Of a DNA stretch of 34,790 bases, positions 23,350-32,325 are shown one piece after another. The notes beneath the pieces are model-generated. The model saw nothing but the letters and a program-made list of their open reading frames with translations. It made no database searches and was not told where the DNA came from. Position 1 is the stretch's first letter, and each line of letters begins with the position of its first letter. Made by a program: the position numbers and the translations under genes. Origin of the DNA: Octopus bimaculoides (taxonomy: Eukaryota); contig NC_068987.1 in assembly GCF_001194135.2 (NCBI RefSeq), forward strand, positions 39,474,096 through 39,508,885, in the 5' to 3' direction.

Positions 23350-24930
23350 ATTCTTCTCTAATCTTTCATGTCATCAGTATTCTGAGCCCACACCACACTA
23401 CCATGTAGCATAGCTGTAATGTACACAAGCATCATACAATCTGCCTTCCTCTTGAAAAGGGAGAAACTTTTCATTGCTAATAAAGCTAACGGCTCTCTGA
23501 ACTTTCTCCATCCTATTCTTATTCTAATGACTACATTTTCAGAACATCCTCCCCCATAGCTAATTAGGTCACCTAGCTAACAGAAACTTTCTATCTAGGG
23601 AACCTCCAAAGCATTCGAGAAAATCAATTTCCCATGTGACCTCAAACTGTATGGTACGTGTGCATCTTCCACAAAAACAGTTTTCTCTTGCAACCTTTCA
23701 GTAATTCCTCAGCACATCTTGTGTGCCCATAGCTTGCACTGGGTATACCATGTGGAATTACTGTCTATACCTTTCCTACATATCAAGTAGAGCCATTTAT
23801 CTGAGGTGGGTAGGGTCCTGCCTGTTTTCTTGCTTACTAGATCTTTAAGACAATGATTCAAGGTTTTGCTTTTACACCTGCAATTTCTTTTTTACAATGA
23901 GAGTAAGATCATCAGTATATAGCAGTTCCTAGGGACAGCAGGTCTTGAATTTGACTGTAATGGCCTTGGAAGACAATGATGAATAGGATGGGACTGAGAA
24001 CTGAGTCCTGGTGAATGCCTACCTGTACATTAAATTCATCACTGTACTCCTGGTTAACTATCACTTTACTGACAGCAGTCCTGTATGTAAATTGCACAAC
24101 TTTCACAAGTCATCCATCTATACCTAGCTTCCTCAGAGATCACCATTTCAAAGAGCAAGACACTCTGCCAAAGGCTTTCTCCAGGTCAACAAATGTCAAG
24201 TATAATACTTCTGCAGTTGTCTAAGATATCATCAGTAGTACTTCTACTCAACACAAAATCAAACTGCATCTATATTTCTAATTAATTAGGCTATAACTCT
24301 CTCTGTAACTTTAATTTGGTATCTCTATTACTTCTAAGGCATCTTCTTTACCCTTGTAGCAGCTGACTATAAAACAGCTACACCAGTCATTGGGAATGAC
24401 ACTTTCCTGAATTACCTGATTAACTATACAAACGACCAGATTGTATCCTACTCCATCAAATATTTTAAGTATCTCAGCAGTAATTCCCAATGGATCATTA
24501 ATTAGTTTTTTTTTGTTTTTTTTTTCATATCTTTAACTGCTCTGCCTATCATACTACTGTCAATTCTGATGGCTGGCCCATATTAGGAGGATTCTCCTTC
24601 TCCCCACATTTAGCAACCTTTCATAGTGACACTTCCATGCCGCTTTCTTCTTAGAATCAGTAAGTGCAAGCAAACCATTATCTGTATGTACAAAGTTCTC
24701 AACCACAACATCTAGATTCTCTCTAATACACTGTCTAGTATCCCAGAATACCACTTCTCTCTGATTTGCATGCTAGTCATGTCTATGACACCCTGAACAA
24801 GGCTGGCAACAGGAGGGAGATCTAGCAATATAAACTGCTCCAAAAAGTAACATATGAGCGAGAAATGATTCTCTAATCTGGATAGGAAACTCAGACAGTG
24901 ATGACCTATCTGACATATGCAAGCATGGAA
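23350..24930 (-). mobile_element. Degenerate RTE-clade LINE, RT region
   Basis: ALTDSKKKAAWKCHYERLLNV; FVDLEKAF-like; EFNVQVGIHQDSVLSPILFIIV. Many stops. Confidence 0.85.
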
Positions 24931-24974
24931 AGTGGGCATAAAATGATGATGACATTATATGTGCATATGTGTCA

Positions 24975-25215
24975 CCATCACCATTTTAATGATCACTTTT
25001 CCAGATGGCTCAGATGGAATTTACTGAGGTAGATTTTTAATGGCTGGAATTTACTGAGGTAGATTTTTGATGTTGCTATCTCTCACTTGTTTCCAAGCAA
25101 GGTAATATTTCCTCAGGGCCAGAAATGTTTTCATGGAAGATTGAAAATGAATGACGATGATTGTATTATATAGACACTAGTTTTACAACCACCATGTAAT
25201 GTCAAGATTAGAAGA
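24975..25215 (-). mobile_element. SINE 3' half (family of 26437), with an internal ~24-bp tandem duplication
   Basis: Reverse complement ggaaatattaccttgcttggaaac...aaaaatctacctcagtaaattccatctga aligns to 26698-26828. Confidence 0.7.
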
Positions 25216-25577
25216 CGCAAAAATTGGTAGATCAAGAATGTTACTATATTTTTATCCTTTTGAGAGCCAAAATTACTGACTTTGTCATTCATTTAACCAG
25301 GGTCAATAATGTCAGTCAATGTCAACGATATTATTTAACAAATCAGCTGATTCTATTAACTACATCACCTTCCCTCCAAAAAATGGTCTCTGTATGTTGA
25401 GAAAAGTAGTGAATTATGCAAAGCAACACATTATTCAGCTTTCTTGACAAAAGTGAATCAAAGAAAAGACAGCATGAAATAGAGTTATATATTTAGTGTC
25501 ACAGGTGAAAGAATACAGTGTGCACAAAAAATACAGCAGTCCATACCAACTTATCTTCATAGAAGAATAAACCATAA

Positions 25578-25781
25578 CCCTTTAGCATTTAAACCAGTCA
25601 TATCCTGCCTGAATATTCTAAAACCAGCCAGATCTGGCCTCTTGCACCTACTCTACAATGTTATTCTAAAAATAAACAATCACATCTTCAAAGTCTGGAA
25701 GCTACAAGATAAGCCATGACTAATTCAAAACAATGTGAATAAATAAGCATTACATCTGACAGTAATTTCAATGCTAAAGGG
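25578..25781. mobile_element. piggyBac-type MITE (~204 bp)
   Basis: TIRs ccctttagcatt / aatgctaaaggg; ATAA on the left and TTAA on the right (TTAA target site duplication with one mutation); no ORF. Confidence 0.8.
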
Positions 25782-25969
25782 TTAAAATAAAACTGAAGTT
25801 TAAGTAGGTAGTGCACTATTAAGAACCTTATCAGTGAAGTAAATGTACATAGTATTTGATTGGCAATTAGTTTTGTTCTTTCTTCAGAATTGAGTGATCA
25901 GAAATTTTCTTAACATAGAAAAATAAACATACATAATAAAAAAGTAAAGAAAAAAAAAATTATCCTCAC

Positions 25970-26063
25970 TTCCTTTAATTTCAAAGCCAGGAATGTTTCC
26001 AGACCGTAGCATCTGGTTCAAGTGCTCCACTTCCTGCAAAGTCTTTGCCATTGATATTGCTTT
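25970..26063 (-). CDS. SNRPA1: U2 snRNP A'-like internal exon (94 nt, phase 0 to 1): KAISMAKTLQEVEHLNQMLRSGNIPGFEIKG
   Basis: Acceptor ttttgatctacAG, donor A|GTGAGG. The peptide matches the conserved U2A' C-terminal helix (human, from memory: NAIANASTLAEVERLKGLLQSGQIPGRE). Confidence 0.9.
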
Positions 26064-26436
26064 CTGTAGATCAAAAGAAAATTTGAAAATTAATACTAAA
26101 GATATGAGCAAATAAATACATATTGAGGCACCTGAAAAAAAAATTGACAAAAATATATTTTTCAAATCAATTATCAGAAATTATTATATTGCAGTTGCCA
26201 TGAGTTCAGATTTAAATATTGCTATTTGCTATGCCTCAGGACAAAACAGGGGATTCTTTTTTTTTTTTCATAGTTGAATAATTGGTGTTGAGGAACATGA
26301 TGGAATACAAACAGAAAACAAACAAAAAGAAATAGATAAAAGGAAATGAAATTAAAACTTTGAGTATAAAAAAAAATAATAACCACTATATTAATAATAT
26401 AAAGCTTCCTTAAATCATCTTAAATTGTCTTTAAAA

Positions 26437-26828
26437 GTGGCTGCACAGTTAAGAAGTTTGCTTCCCAACCACATGGTCTTGGGTTCAAACCTATTGGGCA
26501 ACACTTTGGGCAAGTGTCTTTTACTGTAGTCTCAGACTGACCAAAGCTTTGTGAATAGATCTGGTAAATGGAATGTAAAAGGCAGTCATGTGTTGTGTGT
26601 GTGTGTGTACATGCATTTGCGGGTACCCTTGTCTTGAGGTCATGTGATTGTTGGAAACAAGTAAGGTTGTTTATTCCCAGTCTTCTATGCTGTCACAGGG
26701 AAATATTACCTTGCATGGAAACAGATGAGAGTTGGTAACAGGAAGGGCATTTGATTGTAAAAAATCTGCCTCAACAAATTCCATCTGATCCATGCAAGTA
26801 TAGAAAAGTGGATGCTAAATGATGATGA
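26437..26828 (+). mobile_element. tRNA-derived SINE with RTE-like (gat)n tail
   Basis: Head like the 1152 SINE (gcttcccaaccacatgg...gggttcaaacc...gggcaagtgtc), but the tail is aggaagggcat...gatgatga. Confidence 0.8.
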
Positions 26829-27289
26829 ACATGCTTAATTGTTCAGTGATTAAAAATAATGTCTACAATATTTAATAATCTATTGATAATAGCTAAAATA
26901 TTGCAATACCAAACCAAAGTAACCAAGAAGGAAATAAAGTAACTTAATGAAGGAAAAAGTAAAATAGTGTTGGTTGCTTAGTTGAAAACGAAGTCATGAG
27001 AAAGAAATAACGCCTTTCCCAGTCATACAACATTGAGTTGTGTCTAAAATTTATTGTTTTGTACATAATTATACCACTGTTTTCTTGATGAGAGAAATTT
27101 AAAATATACCTTACAAGAATTTTAACAAAAAAAAAAACTTTTTCTCTTCCATGCATCACAGAATTAATATGACAAGACTTGTCAACTATCAGTGTTTTCG
27201 TAATCAATTTGAAAATCCATTGCATGGGTGATTAGCCCATTCAACTTCACCTGTTTCAGTTTTACCTGTTTCTATCTCTCACGACGAGG

Positions 27290-27555
27290 ACGATTAGGGA
27301 GCAAATATTTAAGAAAAAGTGGAAGTGGATTGATAGCACAATTAGAAAAGACACATCAAATGTAGCGAAAAGTGCTTTACAGTGGAATCCAGATGGATAT
27401 AGAAAGAGGGGTAGGCCTAAGAACTTGTGGTGTAGATCAACGCAAAAGGAACTAGAGAAAGGGGGACATTCATGGCAGAGTATAAGTACAGAAGCAAAAA
27501 ATTATGCGACATGGAATTCAATTATAAGTGGCCTATACTCCGTGTTGGAGGGTTA
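27290..27555 (+). mobile_element. 3' end of a second RTE-like LINE family
   Basis: KKKWKWIDSTIRK...ALQWNPDGYRKRGRPKNLWCRSTQKEL is a typical RT C-terminal motif. Confidence 0.7.
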
Positions 27556-28330
27556 AAGGCAAGAAAGAAAGAAAATACATCACAGAAAAATAATAAAAGC
27601 AAGATGATAAAATATTATTACTTAAAAGACTTGACTACTGCAGAGCTTTATGTCAGAAATATACATAGGATCTTTAGCTTTCCATAGCTGAATCCACTTA
27701 GCTATAAATAGGTACTATGAGGAGACATTGTCACTACTGCTTGTAATAAGTGAAAATATTGTATATTTAGCATTTTGTAAATTTGCAGTAGTTACTTCAA
27801 ATACTCTTTTGACATTAGGAAGATTGATGACAATGAAACAACTCCAGAAAATTCAGCTTCAGAGATTATGAAATCAGTAATCAGCAGTTTAATCTCAGCT
27901 TCATATCATCTAAATCATATAAAGCAGTTGAAAGCAGCAACAAAAAATTAATAAAGAAACAAAAACAATAAAATAAGAGTACTATCATTTCACATATACT
28001 TAGTCTACAAGATCAGTGTTTAACTCTTTATTTTGGTATAAAGGATAAGAAACCAGTTGTCTGTAGAAGGACACAAATTCAGTAAAGAAAACCAACAAAT
28101 CACTTGTCAGGTGTACAGCTGCAGTGCTGTGACTTGTTTCAATGAATGAGAGCACCACGTTGTACCTACACTGTACATCTGGACCCAATAGCTGTGGTAC
28201 CTACAGAGTAAATGGAGCCAACAGCTGTTTTGCATGTTAATAGAATATGAACCATTAACATTAGAATAAGAATTAGTGACCTGAAGTACAAGAAACCACA
28301 TTCATTGTCTAACATAATCAACAAGAGTAC

Positions 28331-28513
28331 CTTAATGGCTTCAATTTCTTCTTTTGAAGATCCAGCAGGTAGACTTGAACCCGCCATGGATGCAGCTGTT
28401 GATAGTTTAGCACCAGGAACAAATGTCTTTGGTTTTTTAACAGCACCAATGCCATTTGTAGTGGAAGCCTGAGGTTTTTTACACTTGTAAAGCTTTTCTG
28501 ATTTTAGACGATC
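28331..28513 (-). CDS. SNRPA1: U2 snRNP A'-like exon (183 nt, phase 0 to 0): DRLKSEKLYKCK...KPKTFVPGAKL...SKEEIEAIK
   Basis: Acceptor ttttttttcAG|GAT, donor AAG|GTACTC, open 61 codons. KTFVPGA and EEIEAIK match U2A' (human, from memory: SKTFNPGA...DVEAIK), and it joins the 94-nt exon in frame. Confidence 0.9.
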
Positions 28514-28579
28514 CTGAAAAAAAATAAATTGGACACTTTTTCATTTCATTCTTTTTGTTATATATATATATATATATAT

Positions 28580-29181
28580 NNNNNNNNNNNNNNNNNNNNN
28601 NNNNNNNNNNNNNNNNNNNNNNNNNNNNNNNNNNNNNNNNNNNNNNNNNNNNNNNNNNNNNNNNNNNNNNNNNNNNNNNNNNNNNNNNNNNNNNNNNNNN
28701 NNNNNNNNNNNNNNNNNNNNNNNNNNNNNNNNNNNNNNNNNNNNNNNNNNNNNNNNNNNNNNNNNNNNNNNNNNNNNNNNNNNNNNNNNNNNNNNNNNNN
28801 NNNNNNNNNNNNNNNNNNNNNNNNNNNNNNNNNNNNNNNNNNNNNNNNNNNNNNNNNNNNNNNNNNNNNNNNNNNNNNNNNNNNNNNNNNNNNNNNNNNN
28901 NNNNNNNNNNNNNNNNNNNNNNNNNNNNNNNNNNNNNNNNNNNNNNNNNNNNNNNNNNNNNNNNNNNNNNNNNNNNNNNNNNNNNNNNNNNNNNNNNNNN
29001 NNNNNNNNNNNNNNNNNNNNNNNNNNNNNNNNNNNNNNNNNNNNNNNNNNNNNNNNNNNNNNNNNNNNNNNNNNNNNNNNNNNNNNNNNNNNNNNNNNNN
29101 NNNNNNNNNNNNNNNNNNNNNNNNNNNNNNNNNNNNNNNNNNNNNNNNNNNNNNNNNNNNNNNNNNNNNNNNNNNNNNNNN
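28580..29181. other. Assembly gap (could hide an upstream SNRPA1 exon)
   Basis: N run. No LRR-coding exons were recognised elsewhere in the window. Confidence 1.
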
Positions 29182-29219
29182 TTATTCCCAAGGCTTTGGT
29201 CGGCCTATGCTGTAACATG

Positions 29220-30274
29220 TATCATTATCACTGTCGTTTAACGTCCGTCTTCAATGCTGGCATGAGTTGGATGGTTTTGACAGGAGCTGGCCAGGCAGGA
29301 GCCTGCACCAAACATGTGTGTCAGTTTTGGCAGGGTTTTTATGGCTGGATGCCCATCAACCACCCAGGAGAATGAACTAAGTGCTTTTTACATGGCACAA
29401 ACACAGATGAGTTCAGTTTGGTATGGTTTTTACACCTGGATGCACTTCCAAATGCCAACCACTTTATTAAGTAACACCAACACTGTCTGGGTCATACAGT
29501 AACTTACATGACAAAGATCCTTTGAGAGGTGAGAGGGAATTGGAGGAGGAGATCTTGTGTCAAATGATGAAAGGCTATAGTAAGACAGATATCTTGCTGT
29601 TGGGGACATACAAGGCCATCCAGCCTGAGAGGAGAAAGTCTAGTGGGTGCTTTTACGTGCTACTGGCACAAGGGCCAGTGACACGGTATTGGCAACGACC
29701 ACGCTCAACATGGTGTTTTTTACGTGCCACCTGCACAGGAGCCAGTCCAGCGGCACTGGCAACAACCTCGCTCGAATGATTTTCTAAAGTGCCACTGGCA
29801 CAAGTCCCAGTGGGTGATGCTGGTAACGCACAAATGGTGCTATTTACGTACCACTAGCACGGAAGCCAGACAGCTGCTCTGGTAATGATCACACTTGGAC
29901 GGTGCTGTTAGTGCTCCACTGGCACAGGTGCCGGTCATCGAATATGGTTCATTTACGATTTCGATTTCACTTGCCCCAACAGGTTTGGCAAGCAGAGTTT
30001 AGTGTCCAATGAAGGAGAGGTTGGCATGGGTGCCAGTCATCAAATTTGGTTCAATTTCGATTTAAATTCACTTGCCTCAACAGGTCTTTGCAAGCAGAGT
30101 TTAGTGTCCAATGAAGTAAAGATACGAATAAGTGAGCTGGCTACACTTCTGGCTCACATACTACATATTTCCAAAGGTCCTGGTCACTAATCATTGCCTC
30201 AGTGAGGCCTAAGGTTTGAAGGTCGTGCTTCACTACCTCATCCCAGGTCTTCCTGGGTCTACCTCTTCCACAGG

Positions 30275-30275
<1 letters not shown>
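29220..30275 (-). mobile_element. RTE LINE 3' end and repetitive 3' region
   Basis: [35 protein letters not shown] at 30170-30275, (gat)n-type tail at ~29220, and an internal duplication (29950-30015 vs 30053-30116). Confidence 0.8.
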
Positions 30276-30315
<40 letters not shown>

Positions 30316-30626
30316 TACACATACATGCATACACATATATTCATATATATATATACATACATATATATATATACATATATATATACATAAATATATATAC
30401 ATATATACATACATATATATATCTATTTGCATATATATTCACATATACATATATATATATGTACATGTATACATATATACACATATATATTCATATATAC
30501 ATAAATATACATATATATATATACACATATACATATATATATATACATGTATACACATATATATTCATTAATACATATATACACACATATATATGTACAT
30601 ATATATTCACATATACATATATATGA

Positions 30627-30677
<51 letters not shown>
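30276..30677. repeat. (TA)n/(TACA)n compound microsatellite
   Basis: Directly visible. Confidence 0.95.
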
Positions 30678-30823
30678 NNNNNNNNNNTGTGGCTGACCCC
30701 TAAGGGTGGATGTTACTGTTGCTTTTAGCCCCAGGAGAACATCTCCTCCAGCTGGCTTAGCGACACATATCTGTGTCCTGTCTATTTTTGCCAAGGGAAG
30801 TTATCCCTCCCATCTTGATCTGC

Positions 30824-30875
30824 TATACGTACGGACCCGAGTTTCAGGGTTATTTCCCTTCTTCAGCGTACGATA
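30824..30875 (-). ncRNA. Minimal type I hammerhead ribozyme motif
   Basis: UAUCGUACG-CUGAAGA-AGGG aaauaa CCCU-GAAA-C ucgg G-UC/CGUACGUAUA. Complete catalytic core, 4-bp stem II, short stem III, GUC cleavage triplet, and a 6-bp (+3) stem I. Confidence 0.8.
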
Positions 30876-30896
30876 ATCGCCGACCTTCGATTATCT

Positions 30897-32325
30897 AACA
30901 TAATTATTTGTATCTAAAGCGTCACCTTTACCTTTGTAGCAGTTGACCATGGTGATGCTACACCAGTCATTGGGTATGACTCCTTCATGTATCACCTGGT
31001 TAACTATATGGGTGACTAGGCTATAGCCAACACTTCCAGATACTTTAAGCATTTCTGCAGTGATTCCTGATGAGGCNNNNNNNNNNNNNNNNNNGGGGGG
31101 GGGGCTTTCCCTGTCTTCATACCCTTGACTGCTTTAGCTGCCATGGTACTGTCAATTCAGATATCTGGTCCCTCTGCTAGGTCGACATTTGGCAGACTCT
31201 CTTTCTCCCATTCATTCTCTTTATTGAGCAACCTTTCATAGTGGCGTCTCCAAACCTCTCTCTTTGCAGCCTCGTTTAGTGCAAGTGAACTATCATCCAT
31301 GCGGACACATTTCTCTGCTACGACATCACGATTCTCTCTCCCACACTGTCTTGCAACACGAAATACTTCAAGTCTTTGGTCCTCACGGCACAGAACATAG
31401 GCAAATTTTTTCTTCTCTGCTTCCCCTCTGGCTAAGTAAACCTGTCTCCTAGCTTCCCTGTTGGCAGTCACATACAATTCCCTGCTACCTCTATTCTTCC
31501 AGTCCTTCCAAGCCTGTTTCTTTTGTCTAATAACCCTGTTAACCACATTGTTCCACCACCACGCTACCTTGGGTCAAGAGGGAACTTTGCACCATCCACA
31601 GATCTGGTCAGTGACTCTCAGCAGGTTGTCCTGTAGCAACCTCCAGTTGTCTTCTACATTATGTGATGCTATATCCCCTTCTATTTCATTGAAGGCTTCG
31701 AGTAATATGTCTCTAAATCTCTGTCCATTTGCAGGATCCTTAAGTTTCCACACCCTTCTCCTCCAAGCTGCTCGTCTTCTTCTGGGCATCCATTTAGCCC
31801 TGATCCCGAAGTCGCTAACTACTAATCTATGTTGAGGGGTACATTCTTCGCCTGGGAAGGTTTTGGCATTTATAAGCAGCCCTCTTTCCCTTTTTCTAGT
31901 GAGGATGTAGTCAATTTGGCTAGTGTGTCTGCCAAAACGGTAGGTGACTAGGTGACAGGCGGGTTTCCTGAAGTTGGTACTGCAAATCCTAAGATCATTT
32001 GCATCACAGAACTCCAGCAGTCTGGTTCCCTCAATGCGGGAACCAAAACTATAGCCTCCAAGTACACCATGGAAGCCCCCTGCATGTTGTCCAATATGTC
32101 CATTGAAATTACTAGCCACAAAGAGAAGGTCCCTGTCATTCGTCAACAAGGTAGTCTGCAATAGGGTATCATAAATCGGTCTTTCTGCCGATCCGGTAGC
32201 CCCGGTTGAGGGGCATAGGCCGAGATAATGGTAGCCAACATATGGTGAAGCACTAATCTAATCTTAAGAACTCTGTCACATACTCTGACCACCTCAATTA
32301 CCTTATCAACCCATTTCTCCGCAAG
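30897..32325 (-). mobile_element. RTE-clade LINE fragment (EN C-half, linker, start of RT), truncated at both ends
   Basis: ISAYAPQ, NFNGHIG, SQIDYIL, PQHRLVVSDF, VWRRHYERLLN, KGKGDALDTNNY. Contains a small gap at 31077-31093. Confidence 0.92.

Noticed and set aside
31094-31105. G-run as a G-quadruplex or regulatory site
   Set aside because: It lies directly against an N gap inside a LINE whose sister copy (1-383) lacks it; likely a sequencing or assembly artefact.
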